A stretch of 64,000 bases of DNA from Hyphomicrobiales bacterium (GCA_021775425.1 JAJFHX010000048.1:45445-109444), one strand, 5' to 3'; positions 21,814 to 34,820 are shown, counted from the first letter of the stretch. Numbers and translations: made by a program. The notes: generated from the sequence alone by a model not told the origin.

Positions 21814-24123
21814 ATGACCGCCCCAAAACCAGACCAAACCACTGAAAATGCCGAAGAAAAACAAATGGCACGGCCAAAATTATCAGAGCGCGCCCTCGCC
21901 AGCAGGCCAGACAACCTCCCTTATCTAGATGGCCTGAATGAAGCTCAGTCAGAAGCTGTTTTAACAACAGAAGGCCCCGTGCTGGTTCTGGCTGGTGCAG
22001 GCACCGGTAAAACGCGCGTCTTAACCACCAGAATTGGCCACATCCTCGCAACTGGTAAAGCCCGCCCAAACGAAATCCTCGCCGTGACTTTCACAAACAA
22101 AGCCACCAGGGAAATGAAGAATCGCATCGGCAACATGATCGGCGGCATGGTCGAAGGCATGCCCTGGCTTGGGACCTTTCACGCCATTGGCGTTAAAATT
22201 CTGCGCCGCCACGCAGAAATGGCCGGCCTAAAATCCAATTTCACCATCCTTGATAGTGACGACAGCCTGCGCCTGATGAAACAACTCATCAAAGCTGAAA
22301 ACATCGACGAAAAACGCTGGCCACCGCGCCAGTTGGCCCTCCACATTGATGGCTGGAAAAACCGCGGCCTCACCCCTGATAAAGTCCCTGCCGGTGAAAA
22401 GTTTAAATTTGCAGACGGGCGCGGCCTTGAGCTTTATGCCGCCTATCAGAAACGACTGAAAGAATTAAACGCCGTCGACTTTGGCGATCTGCTGCTCGAG
22501 ATGAACCAGCTACTCGCCAACAATCCTGATATCCTCGCCAATTATCACCGCCGCTTTAAATACATCCTGGTTGATGAATATCAGGACACCAACGTCGCTC
22601 AATATCTCTGGCTTCGCCTGATTGCTCAGGGCACCGGTAACATCTGCTGCGTTGGCGATGATGATCAGGCCATTTATGGCTGGCGCGGTGCCGAGGTTGA
22701 TAACATCCTTCGTTTTGAAAAAGACTTTCCCGGCGCAAAAACCATCCGCCTGGAGCGCAACTACCGCTCAACCGGCAACATACTCGCCGCAGCTTCAGGG
22801 CTCATCGCCCATAATGAAGACCGCCTTGGCAAAACCCTCCACACTGATGATGGCCTTGGCGAACAGGTCAGCTTGCGCGGCCTCTGGGATGATGCCGAAG
22901 AAGCCAGAACCATTGGCGATGAAATAGAAGCCCTTCAAAGCAAAAAACACACTTTGAACGAAATCGCCATTCTCGTCCGCGCCTCCTTCCAGATGCGCGC
23001 TTTTGAGGATCGCTTCGTCACTCTTGGCCTGCCTTACCGCGTCATTGGCGGCCCCCGCTTTTACGAACGCCTTGAGATTAAAGATGCTTGCGCTTATTTT
23101 GACGTTGTCCTCAACCCGGCCAATGACCTCAAATTCGAGCGCATCATCAACACCCCCAAACGCGGCCTCGCCATTGCCACCCTTGAAGTATTGCACCACC
23201 ACGCCCGCGCGCGCGGCATTTCTTTGTTTGAATCCGCCCTTGAAATAGTTGAAACCGAAGAACTGCGCCCCAAACCAAGGGGTTCATTAAATGGCCTTTT
23301 AAAACGCTTCGCAAACTGGCGCTCACTGGTTGAAAGCACCCCCCACACAGAACTTGCAGAACAAATTCTTGATGACAGCGGCTACACAGAAATGTGGCAA
23401 AAGGACAAAAGCCCGCAAGCCCACACTCGGCTTGAAAACTTGAAAGAACTGGTCCGTTATATGGGTGAATTTGAAAACCTCGCCGGTTTTATGGAACATG
23501 TCTCTCTGGTGATGGATGCAGACGCCAACAGCGATGGCGACCGTGTCAACCTGATGACGCTGCATGCCGCCAAAGGCCTTGAGTTTGACACCGTCTTTTT
23601 ACCCGGCTGGGAAGAAGGCCTCTTTCCTCACCAACGCTCCCTTGATGAAGAAGGACGAGCTGGCCTTGAAGAAGAACGCCGCCTTGGCTATGTCGGCATC
23701 ACCAGAGCCCGCAAAAAATCTCACATCAGCTTTACTCAGAACCGCCGCATTCACGGCTCCTGGGTCACCCAGCCGCCGTCTCGTTTTATAGATGAACTAC
23801 CGGAAGACAACATTGAAATCATTGAACAATCCGGAAATTATGGTGGTTATGTCGCCTCCCGCTTTGAAAACATGCAGCAAAACCACCAGCGCAGCATTAA
23901 AACCAGCTCTTCAGTGAATGACGCGAATTTCTCTAAAACCATCGACGCCACGGTCGTCAAACGCAGTTTCAAACCTGAATCAGACTTTGACCTCGGCGAG
24001 CGCATTTTCCATCAAAAATTCGGCTATGGCTCAATTGAGGAAATCAATGGCGACAATCTCACCATTGCTTTTGAAAAAGCGGGCACCAAAAAGGTCAAAT
24101 CCTCCTTTGTTGAGCGCCACTAG
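21814..24123 (+). CDS. uvrD: UvrD/PcrA ATP-dependent DNA helicase
   Basis: AGAGTGKT, LVDEYQDTN, VGDDDQAIYGWRGA, LERNYRST, MTLHAAKGLEF, YVGITRAR, C-terminal Tudor-like domain. Confidence 0.95.
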   Translation: MTAPKPDQTTENAEEKQMARPKLSERALASRPDNLPYLDGLNEAQSEAVLTTEGPVLVLAGAGTGKTRVLTTRIGHILATGKARPNEILAVTFTNKATREMKNRIGNMIGGMVEGMPWLGTFHAIGVKILRRHAEMAGLKSNFTILDSDDSLRLMKQLIKAENIDEKRWPPRQLALHIDGWKNRGLTPDKVPAGEKFKFADGRGLELYAAYQKRLKELNAVDFGDLLLEMNQLLANNPDILANYHRRFKYILVDEYQDTNVAQYLWLRLIAQGTGNICCVGDDDQAIYGWRGAEVDNILRFEKDFPGAKTIRLERNYRSTGNILAAASGLIAHNEDRLGKTLHTDDGLGEQVSLRGLWDDAEEARTIGDEIEALQSKKHTLNEIAILVRASFQMRAFEDRFVTLGLPYRVIGGPRFYERLEIKDACAYFDVVLNPANDLKFERIINTPKRGLAIATLEVLHHHARARGISLFESALEIVETEELRPKPRGSLNGLLKRFANWRSLVESTPHTELAEQILDDSGYTEMWQKDKSPQAHTRLENLKELVRYMGEFENLAGFMEHVSLVMDADANSDGDRVNLMTLHAAKGLEFDTVFLPGWEEGLFPHQRSLDEEGRAGLEEERRLGYVGITRARKKSHISFTQNRRIHGSWVTQPPSRFIDELPEDNIEIIEQSGNYGGYVASRFENMQQNHQRSIKTSSSVNDANFSKTIDATVVKRSFKPESDFDLGERIFHQKFGYGSIEEINGDNLTIAFEKAGTKKVKSSFVERH

Positions 24124-24454
24124 CATGTCCCCGGCTTAATCCAGCCACTTTCACATCCGGATGCCAAGCCGGACGCCAGGCTGCTGCACCCTCAGATTTC
24201 ACCAATAATCATCGAAATAAAACTGGCCAATATGTCACAAAACGCCCTTGTTTCGCCAATTTAACAAGTGAGCATTCAACTTTCTTTGCATCCCAAACAA
24301 CAGTTCTTTATAAATGTTCAATGCAATAAAGCGTGCCAGAACCTGTTTTGCGGCCAAAATCCTGAATGGTGGACAAATTTTTGTTTTGTTGAATGTATTG
24401 TAATATTTTTTACCTATAATAACACGGCATTAAGTGAATAAGCGGAGTTGAGTT

Positions 24455-25918
24455 ATGAGTAACACAGAGGTAAGCCAGGGGGCATTAGATGACGGTTTTC
24501 ATGAAACCACTCCCGAGCAAAAGGTAAAAGGCTTCAAACGGTTTTACAGCCTTTTCTTCCCTTCAAGTGCAGACGCCCGCAACAAACAGCGCACAGACAA
24601 CGCGTCCAGAAAAAAAGCCATCAAAGGCCTCGCATCTGTTAACGCGCCCGCAAAAGAACGCTTCATTCCCATTTCAAGCAATGCCATCATAGAGCATCTC
24701 AACAGACCAGAAATGTGGAACGACAACGAATTCCCTGCCGCTCAGAATTTTATGGAAAATCTCATCGCCTGGCGCCACCAGTCATACAGAGGCAGGCTGA
24801 CCAGACTGAAAAACGCATACCTCACCTTCAGCCCGGATAGAGACACTGTCAAAGCCATTGACTACACCCCCATCCAGCTTTTGCAGATGCGCCATAATCT
24901 GATGGAACATTTAGGTGATCTGCTGGAATCAGCCAATTATGAAAAAGTCACCCAGGAAGATCTTGACCTGCTCCTCACATCAGACAGCCCCTATGGCCTT
25001 CGTCTGCATGTCGACCTTGACGCATTTGATGATGTTGTCATTTACTTTCGCGGCGCCACCACCAAAATAGTTGAATATCGTGATTGGAGATGGGCTTATC
25101 TGAAAAAGAAGGGCGTCGAAACACCTATTTTCCAGCGTTTATTCGTGGCCCTCAAATTAAAACCAGAAGAAGAAATGATCAAAGAGCTGATGATGAAAGA
25201 ACAGCTCACCCGCAAGAAGGCTGAAAAACGCATCAGAAAAAACAAAAAGATCATGCCGGATGAAGTCACCAGTGACCACATCTATCTAAAGCTGTTTAAA
25301 AACATCCCCCAGGATGACCTTGAGATGATGTTCCCGAACACCAAGGTTGAATTCAAACTGTTTGATAAATTAAAAATCGGCCTGACAGCGGGCGGTGGCA
25401 CCATTGCCGGCCTCGCTGCCGCCATTCCAAAACTGCTTCTGGTCACAACCGCAGCCCTCAACCCAATCACCCTGTTGACAACCCTTGCAGGCATCATCGG
25501 CCTGTTGATCCGTCAGGTGACAAAAATTTTCCATCAGCGCAATGAATATATGATGACACTGGCGCAAAATCTTTACTTCCATAACCTCGCCAATAACCGC
25601 GGCGTTCTCACCCTGCTGGTTGACAGAGCCGAAGAAGAAGACACCAAAGAAGAATTGCTGCTGTATAATTTTCTTGTCCGCAACAAAGACCAGCACAAAA
25701 ATCTCAAAGCCACCAAAGACGAAATTGAAGATTATCTTCAAAGACAATTCGGTGTTGATATCGCCTTTGATATGGAAGATGGCTTTAGCCGCCTGCTGCG
25801 AGATGGCATTGTTGAAAAAGCACCCGATGGTGGCTACAAAATTCTGCCCCCAGCCCGTGCAGCCCGGCAGTTAGAACGCCTCTGGCGCGGTGTGCTTATC
25901 AAAACGGAAACGGTTTAA
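24455..25918 (+). CDS. DUF3754 / TMEM143-like protein
   Basis: LKLFKNIPxDDLEMMFP, a hydrophobic hairpin, NLYFHNLANNRGVL..LVDRAEEEDTKE. Confidence 0.75.
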   Translation: MSNTEVSQGALDDGFHETTPEQKVKGFKRFYSLFFPSSADARNKQRTDNASRKKAIKGLASVNAPAKERFIPISSNAIIEHLNRPEMWNDNEFPAAQNFMENLIAWRHQSYRGRLTRLKNAYLTFSPDRDTVKAIDYTPIQLLQMRHNLMEHLGDLLESANYEKVTQEDLDLLLTSDSPYGLRLHVDLDAFDDVVIYFRGATTKIVEYRDWRWAYLKKKGVETPIFQRLFVALKLKPEEEMIKELMMKEQLTRKKAEKRIRKNKKIMPDEVTSDHIYLKLFKNIPQDDLEMMFPNTKVEFKLFDKLKIGLTAGGGTIAGLAAAIPKLLLVTTAALNPITLLTTLAGIIGLLIRQVTKIFHQRNEYMMTLAQNLYFHNLANNRGVLTLLVDRAEEEDTKEELLLYNFLVRNKDQHKNLKATKDEIEDYLQRQFGVDIAFDMEDGFSRLLRDGIVEKAPDGGYKILPPARAARQLERLWRGVLIKTETV

Positions 25919-26041
25919 CCGCATAACAAGCTTACAATCTTTATTTTAAGTCTATCTTCTCAGCTGTCATTCTATAGAATGCTGAGCAGAACGGCCTGTG
26001 CAATACCGTATGCATAAATCAGATTCAATCAACGAGAAAAC

Positions 26042-26941
26042 ATGGCTAACGAACAACTCTTCCAACTTCATTTTCGATCAGAAAAAACAATAAACGCCCT
26101 TATTGCCGACATCCTTGAAAACCTTGACCCGGCCCCCGTCTCAGTCAGTTTTTTTGAAGATGAAAACAAAGTCTGGCAAACCACAGCCCATTATCAGGTC
26201 ATGCCGGATACAGAAGTACTAAAATCCGCAATTAATGACATCCTCGGCATCAGCGAAGATCAGTACCAGCTCATAAGCTCCAAAACGGAAGATATTGACT
26301 GGGTCTCCCATGTCCAAAAATTATTAAAACCAGTGCGGGCCGGTCGTTTTTTCATCCATGGCAGTCACGATAATGACAAAGCCAGCAATGAACCCTTCGC
26401 CTTCGAGATTGACGCCGCTCAGGCCTTTGGCACCGCCCACCATGGCACCACCAAAGGATGCTTAATCGCCATTGATGATTTATCCCAAATCATCACCCCA
26501 AAAAATATTCTCGATCTCGGCGCAGGCTCAGGCATCCTTGCAATTGCTGCGTCTAAAGTCTGGCCAACAGCTGAAATCACCGCCAGCGACATAGACCCGA
26601 TCGCAGTCAATATCGCCAGTGAGAATGAAACGCTCAATCAAAACTCCGTCAACCCATCAAGACCAATCACACATCTCTGCATTGATGGCGTCAACGATCC
26701 GGCAATCAACTCCAAAGCACCGTTCGACCTGATCATCGCCAACATCCTGGCCGGCCCTCTCATTAAAATGGCAGGCGAGGTTTCGGCCATCCTCAACACC
26801 AACGGGCAGCTGCTCTTGTCTGGCATACTTGATACACAGTCAGATGAAGTGGTCCGGGCTTATGTTGCAACGGGGCTGAAACACCAGCAGACCCGTTTTT
26901 ATGGTGAGTGGACAACAAGCAATTTCATCAAACAACCCTGA
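26042..26941 (+). CDS. prmA: 50S ribosomal protein L11 methyltransferase
   Basis: AQAFGTAHHGTT, LDLGAGSGILAIA, DLIIANILAGPL. Confidence 0.92.
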   Translation: MANEQLFQLHFRSEKTINALIADILENLDPAPVSVSFFEDENKVWQTTAHYQVMPDTEVLKSAINDILGISEDQYQLISSKTEDIDWVSHVQKLLKPVRAGRFFIHGSHDNDKASNEPFAFEIDAAQAFGTAHHGTTKGCLIAIDDLSQIITPKNILDLGAGSGILAIAASKVWPTAEITASDIDPIAVNIASENETLNQNSVNPSRPITHLCIDGVNDPAINSKAPFDLIIANILAGPLIKMAGEVSAILNTNGQLLLSGILDTQSDEVVRAYVATGLKHQQTRFYGEWTTSNFIKQP

Positions 26942-27034
26942 CAACTGACTGGAGAACAGAGATATTTGATGCTAAAAAACAAACGAAGCAGTGAACAAAA
27001 ATAACGCCCGAAAAAAGGGCAATTCGAGGCAAGC

Positions 27035-28906
27035 ATGTTCCAGTCATATGAAAACCGCGGCGGACCAGATCATACAAGTGAGCGCATCACAAATTTAAGA
27101 ACAGAGCTGAAAAAACGCAACATAGATGGCTTCATCGTCCCAAGAAGCGACCGCCATCTCAATGAATATGTCTCAGATCATGATGAACGCCTGCTCTGGC
27201 TAACCGGCTTTTCAGGCTCTGCTGGTCTATCCATAATCCTCCAGAACACAGCGGCCATTTTTGTTGATGGCCGTTATACGCTCCAGGTCCGGCACGAAGT
27301 TGATTTATCTATCATGAGCCCCATTTCCATCACCGAGCAAAGTCCCGCAAACTGGCTGGGTGAGCAAATGAAACAAGGTATGCGCATCGGCATTGACCCT
27401 TCCCTTCATAGTGTGAAAGCCTTTGAAACATATCAGGAAACAATTGAACAAAAAGGCGGCAAGCTTGTTTCTCTGAAAAACAATCCGGTTGATAATATTT
27501 GGCCAGACCAGCCAGTAGAGCCAAAAAATCCGGTCACCGCACATCCAAAAAAATATGCCGGGCAAAACCCTGATGAAAAAATCACTCAGATACAGGAAAT
27601 CCTCAAAGAACAAGGCTGTGAAGCCTTCGTCATGACAGCGCCTGAATCCATCTGCTGGCTGTTTAACCTTCGAGGCAGTGACATCGGACACACGCCAATC
27701 ATGCTAGCCAATGCCATCGTCCATTCCCGCGCCAGACCAGAACTGTTCCTCGAAGCTGACCGTCTCAACACAAGAGCCCTCGATCAAGTCACACTCAACG
27801 CAAAATTATCAAAACCAGATGCGTTTGAAGATAGTTTAAAATCGCTTGGAGCCAAATTCAAAAAAGTACTGATCGACCCAAACAGAACCAACAGCGCCAT
27901 CTACCAGACCTTAAGAGCCGCCCGGGCAGAAATTATTCGCGGCAGTGATCCCTGCGCGCTACCAAAAGCAATGAAAAACCAGGCTGAAATTGAAGGCAGC
28001 CGCAGCGCCCACATACGAGATGGCGTCGCTATGGTCAGGTTCCTCCATTGGCTTGAGCAAACCACCACCACATTGGAAGTTGACGATCAACCAGCCCCAG
28101 AAGGCACGGATGAAATCGGCGCTGCCAAACAACTGGAAGCCTTTCGCGAAGAAACCGGCGCTTTAAAAGACATCAGCTTCGAAACCATTTCAGGTGCCGG
28201 GCCAAATGGCGCCATCGTCCATTACCGCGTCAGTGAAATGACCAACCGGCCATTGAAAGATGGTGAATTATATCTCGTCGATTCGGGCGCGCAATATCAG
28301 GATGGCACAACAGACATAACCCGCACCATCGCCATTGGCCAGCCAACAGGCCCCATGCGCCGCCATTATACTCTGGTGCTGCGCGCGCATATCGGCCTCG
28401 CCACAGCTCATTTCCCCGAAGGCACAAGAGGTGTTGACCTCGACCCACTCGCCCGCGCCCCCTTATGGCAAGCCGGGCTTGATTTTGCCCATGGCACCGG
28501 CCACGGTGTTGGTAGTTTTCTCTCTGTTCATGAAGGGCCGCAAGGCATTTCAAAACGCGCCATGGTTCCGCTAAAACCCGGCATGATTATCTCAAACGAA
28601 CCAGGCTATTACCGTGAAGGCGCTTACGGCATTCGTATTGAAAATTTAATTCTGGTGACAGAACCAGAAGACATCACCGGCGGCGAGCAACCCATGATGC
28701 ACTTTGAAACATTAACCCTCGCACCATTTGACAAAAACCTGATTGACACCGACCTCCTCACTAAAAAAGAATTGAAATGGCTTAACCAATACCACCGCAC
28801 CGTTTGGAGAACCCTATCTCCAGAATTAAAAGGCCCCGCCAAATCCTGGTTGAAGCAAGCAACAGCCACGATTAAATCTGCCCGAAAATTAGCAAAAACA
28901 GTATAA
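27035..28906 (+). CDS. Aminopeptidase P family (M24B) Xaa-Pro aminopeptidase
   Basis: WLTGFSGSAG, VDSGAQYQDGTTDITRT, HGTGHGVG, VHEGPQ, SNEPGYY, GIRIEN. Confidence 0.93.
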   Translation: MFQSYENRGGPDHTSERITNLRTELKKRNIDGFIVPRSDRHLNEYVSDHDERLLWLTGFSGSAGLSIILQNTAAIFVDGRYTLQVRHEVDLSIMSPISITEQSPANWLGEQMKQGMRIGIDPSLHSVKAFETYQETIEQKGGKLVSLKNNPVDNIWPDQPVEPKNPVTAHPKKYAGQNPDEKITQIQEILKEQGCEAFVMTAPESICWLFNLRGSDIGHTPIMLANAIVHSRARPELFLEADRLNTRALDQVTLNAKLSKPDAFEDSLKSLGAKFKKVLIDPNRTNSAIYQTLRAARAEIIRGSDPCALPKAMKNQAEIEGSRSAHIRDGVAMVRFLHWLEQTTTTLEVDDQPAPEGTDEIGAAKQLEAFREETGALKDISFETISGAGPNGAIVHYRVSEMTNRPLKDGELYLVDSGAQYQDGTTDITRTIAIGQPTGPMRRHYTLVLRAHIGLATAHFPEGTRGVDLDPLARAPLWQAGLDFAHGTGHGVGSFLSVHEGPQGISKRAMVPLKPGMIISNEPGYYREGAYGIRIENLILVTEPEDITGGEQPMMHFETLTLAPFDKNLIDTDLLTKKELKWLNQYHRTVWRTLSPELKGPAKSWLKQATATIKSARKLAKTV

Positions 28907-28976
28907 TCCGGCATAACATCACAAGCTGCAAAAGACAGAGCCAGCAGGAAAATTACTATAGGAAAGGACACTCTCA

Positions 28977-30122
28977 GTGCTCGACACAGAACCTTCCCAC
29001 TTAATCATCGGTGCTGGCCCCGTCGGCCTGACCGCCGCGATAGAATTAAAACGCCGCGGCATCAACGCTATGATCATAGATAATGATGGCGAACCAACAA
29101 CAGAAAGCCGCGCTCTCGCCATTAACGCCCGCTCACTTGATATTTTTGAACCAAGTGGCATCACAGAGCGGCTGATTAAAGCAGGCAATAAAATCGAAGA
29201 AGTCATTGTTAAAAAAAACAACCAGCAGATCTTTCAACTGGACCTCACAAAAATTCCTCATAAATATAATTTCATGCTCTGCCTCCCCCAGTCTGAAACC
29301 GAGCAGATCCTGATTGATTATTTAAAAGAACAAAACCACGCCATAAACTGGTACACCTCACTTGAAAACATCTCGCTTACCTCAGCCGGTTTTCAGTGCT
29401 TTTTAAAAGATCTGCAGGAGGGTGAAGATGCTGTCCCGGTCATGGTTGAAACTGGCAACCTGATTGGCGCTGACGGCGCTCATTCATTTGTGCGCAATTC
29501 TCTGCAGTTCACTTTTGATGGGGAAAGCCTGCCTGATGTTTGGAGCCTTGCTGATGTCCAACTCAAAAACTGGCCTCATTCCTTTAACAAAGCGGTTATA
29601 AATTTCACAGAACTAGGCCCCCTTGCTTTCTTACCGATCAAAGAAGGCATGGGTCGTCTGATATCACCAAATAAAGCATTGCTGGATCAATTGCCAAAAG
29701 GTGTCGAGGTTGAAAAAACCATTTGGCAATCTGACTTTAAAATCAGTTACCGCCAAGTCAGTACCTACCAGAAATCAAACAAGGAAAAAACTGCCAATGC
29801 TTTTCTTGCCGGTGACGCTGCCCATATTCATTCCCCAGCCGGTGGCCGCGGCATGAACCTTGGCATAGAAGACGCCGCCACTCTTGCCTACCTGATGGCT
29901 GAAAACCGAACCAGTGAATATAGCAATCTAAGACATCCGATCGGTCAAAAAGTGTTGAAGCGCACAAAAAGCCAGACCAATCAGATAACCACACTTGGCG
30001 GCCCCGAAGTGTTCTTCATTAAATACATCGCGCCGATCGTTTTCTCAATCAAACCAATGAGAAATGCCCTCTTCTCCTCACTGGCAGGTCTGGATAGCCC
30101 GACACCAGAGTGGCTGAAATAA
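28977..30122 (+). CDS. FAD-dependent monooxygenase (aromatic hydroxylase-like)
   Basis: IIGAGPVGL, GADGAHS, GDAAHIHSPAGGRGMNLGIED; GTG start with AAGGA SD. Confidence 0.88.
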   Translation: MLDTEPSHLIIGAGPVGLTAAIELKRRGINAMIIDNDGEPTTESRALAINARSLDIFEPSGITERLIKAGNKIEEVIVKKNNQQIFQLDLTKIPHKYNFMLCLPQSETEQILIDYLKEQNHAINWYTSLENISLTSAGFQCFLKDLQEGEDAVPVMVETGNLIGADGAHSFVRNSLQFTFDGESLPDVWSLADVQLKNWPHSFNKAVINFTELGPLAFLPIKEGMGRLISPNKALLDQLPKGVEVEKTIWQSDFKISYRQVSTYQKSNKEKTANAFLAGDAAHIHSPAGGRGMNLGIEDAATLAYLMAENRTSEYSNLRHPIGQKVLKRTKSQTNQITTLGGPEVFFIKYIAPIVFSIKPMRNALFSSLAGLDSPTPEWLK

Positions 30123-30135
30123 CGGCTCGGTTAAA

Positions 30136-32334
<2,199 letters not shown>

Positions 32335-32368
32335 TCATCTGAAATCTCTGCATCAGCAGCTCAGCTCA

Positions 32369-33277
32369 TTAAAGTGGGCTAAGATTCTTAGCGACATTAA
32401 CAGTGCTTTTCCAGGTTTTAGAAAGCCACGACCCGGAATTTTCACGCGGGGCCAAACCACCGGATTTCAACAGGGCATAAGTATCTTTATACCATGGCGA
32501 ATTCGGGAAGTTATGACCAAGGATCGCACCGGCCGTCTGCGCTTCAGAGGCAATACCAAGAGCCATATAAGCTTCAGCAATCCTCGCCAGAGCTTCCTCA
32601 ACATGCGTAGTTGTCTGATAATTCTTGATCACAGATTTAAACCGGTTAATCGCAGCCAGATAGTTTTTCCGGTTTAGGTAATATCGGCCAACATTCATAT
32701 CAGCTGCCGCCAATACATCTCTTGCCACACGAATACGGTTTTTAGCGTCTTTCGTATATCGGCTGTCAGGATAGCGTCTCACCAGTGTTTCCAACGCGAC
32801 AAGGGCTTCTTTTGTGCGCTTCTGGTCTCGTTTCGGGTCCGCAATCTGGTCATAGTAGGACATCGCGATCACATGATGCGCAAGCGCTGATTCTTTGGTG
32901 CCCGGATGCAGGGCAACATATCGTTTTCCACCCGCAATCGCCTCGGTATATTTAAACGCCTTATAATTTGCGTAAGCCGCAAGAACAATAGAACGCCGCG
33001 CCAGAGGTGAATAGGGATGTAGTCGGTCCACATCTTCAAACTTGGTCGCAGCCGTGGTGTATTTACCACTTGTAAGCAACTGATCCGCTTCACTATATAG
33101 CTTCTCAGCTGGCTCTACTTTTTCTGCATCAAGAAATTCTTTATTCTCACCGCCAAACCAGCCACCCAGATTGCTCACAGACGAACCAATACCAGAAAGC
33201 GGTGATGAAGAACATCCGCCAATTCCGGCAGTCGTCAGAATAAGTAACACAAATGCAGCCCGCTTTAGCGTCAACAT
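32369..33277 (-). CDS. bamD: Outer membrane protein assembly factor BamD (lipoprotein)
   Basis: Lipobox IGGC, HPYSP.ARRS, VGRYYL, LGHNFPNSPWY. Start at ATG 33277 with AGGGG SD. Confidence 0.93.
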   Translation of the reverse strand: MLTLKRAAFVLLILTTAGIGGCSSSPLSGIGSSVSNLGGWFGGENKEFLDAEKVEPAEKLYSEADQLLTSGKYTTAATKFEDVDRLHPYSPLARRSIVLAAYANYKAFKYTEAIAGGKRYVALHPGTKESALAHHVIAMSYYDQIADPKRDQKRTKEALVALETLVRRYPDSRYTKDAKNRIRVARDVLAAADMNVGRYYLNRKNYLAAINRFKSVIKNYQTTTHVEEALARIAEAYMALGIASEAQTAGAILGHNFPNSPWYKDTYALLKSGGLAPRENSGSWLSKTWKSTVNVAKNLSPL

Positions 33278-33761
33278 ACAAGTCCCCCTAAAGGAAAAAT
33301 AAAAATCCAAAACAAAATACACAGATGACGAACAGAGCAACAATTAACAAACCTGCTGTCAAGAGTCTCATGCAATCATCCATTGAGTTAATTCTGTCAA
33401 AAACTCAGCAACTTCAGCATTTCTTCAATCAGCCAGGCTCAACAAAGCTTTTGCCAATCTGTTTCGTCCCATACATTCGGGGCATAGCGTTCAATTGCCA
33501 CATAAAAATGCGACACGACTAAAAAATCTAACCCAAATGAAGGCCACGAATGTGGAGATTCTATGCTCGATTATACGACTTTTTCAGAAAATGCGACAGA
33601 TCATTCTAAAAAGTTCAGGATTTACTTAACAATTGGCCGAAATCACACAATAGCAGCGATATATTTTAGCGTCATATTACAGTTTCACCCAGCGGCCTCA
33701 TAACATCATTTCAATGCAAAAGTAAATCAGGGAACAGAACCGAGAGAATACCGTAACAATA

Positions 33762-33787
33762 AGAAAAGGCGGGGTTAATTCCCGCCT
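33762..33787 (-). terminator. Intrinsic terminator after lpxC
   Basis: Minus-strand AGGCGGG-AATTAAC-CCCGCCT followed by TTTCTT. Confidence 0.75.
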
Positions 33788-33854
33788 GACTTAAAAATTT
33801 AAACTGAAAGAAGTTAGATCCCGATAACAACAGGAGAACCGGAACGTTAAAGTC

Positions 33855-34820
33855 CTAGTTTCTGTCAGCTGCATAATTAGCCGCAGCCAGCAAAGCGGCA
33901 CCCCGGCCCTCATTATGATGCTCAGTAACCGTAGCAGGAACCGAAGGCACATCGACATAAGTCCAGGCATCACTGTCAGCCAACAGAGTTTTTATCGCTT
34001 TTGCATTCAGCGCATGACCACCACGATAGGATTTATATGAACAAAGCAATGGCGAACCAGCCAGCGCCAGATCACCCACCGCATCAAGCGCTTTATGACG
34101 AACAAACTCATCTTCAAAGCGCAAACCTTCGCGGTTTATAACGGTGTCATTATCAATCGCAACTGTATTTTCAAGCGAAGCTCCAAGTGCCCGCCCGGCA
34201 GCCCACAAACCTTCAACATCTGCCATAAAGCCAAATGTTCTGGCCCGTGCAAGTTCTTCACGGAAAATGCCAGGGTTCATATCAGAACTGAATTTCTGAC
34301 GGCCAATGGCTGGTGTTTCAAAATCAATCTCAACTTCAATCCGAAAACCATTATAAGGCAGCAATTCACCCCAACAGCCATCTTCTTCCACCCGAATAGG
34401 TTTCAAAATCTTGATAAACCGTCTTGGCGCATCAAGTTCGGCAATACCAGCTTCTTCGATCGCTCTGACAAATGGCATCGCACTACCATCCATAATCGGC
34501 ACTTCGCCATTATCAATTTCAACCATCACATTATCAATTGATAAACCGCGAAGAGCAGACATCAGATGCTCTACCGTCGCGACTTCGGCACCGCAGTCAC
34601 TACCAAGAACTGTGCAAAGAGTGAGGTTTTCAATAAAATCGCAATGCGCCTGAATTTCAACATCCCGCCCATCAGAAACGACGAGAAAATTAATACCGCT
34701 ATGCGCGTCAGCCGGATGAAGTGTGATCGAAACAGGAGCCCCGGAATGAACGCCAACCCCGGTCATGACAACAGACTGTTCCAACGTCGTCTGCTTAGCT
34801 CCAACATATGAATTACCCAT
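33855..34820 (-). CDS. lpxC: UDP-3-O-acyl-N-acetylglucosamine deacetylase
   Basis: ATVEHLMSAL, ARARTFGF, FVRHKALDAVGDL, GGHALN. Confidence 0.97.
   Translation of the reverse strand: MGNSYVGAKQTTLEQSVVMTGVGVHSGAPVSITLHPADAHSGINFLVVSDGRDVEIQAHCDFIENLTLCTVLGSDCGAEVATVEHLMSALRGLSIDNVMVEIDNGEVPIMDGSAMPFVRAIEEAGIAELDAPRRFIKILKPIRVEEDGCWGELLPYNGFRIEVEIDFETPAIGRQKFSSDMNPGIFREELARARTFGFMADVEGLWAAGRALGASLENTVAIDNDTVINREGLRFEDEFVRHKALDAVGDLALAGSPLLCSYKSYRGGHALNAKAIKTLLADSDAWTYVDVPSVPATVTEHHNEGRGAALLAAANYAADRN

Noticed and set aside
24323-24338. Sigma54-like TGGCACG...TTGCA on the minus strand
   Set aside because: The GG-to-GC spacing is one base too long for the strict -24/-12 geometry, and it points into the 3' end of uvrD.
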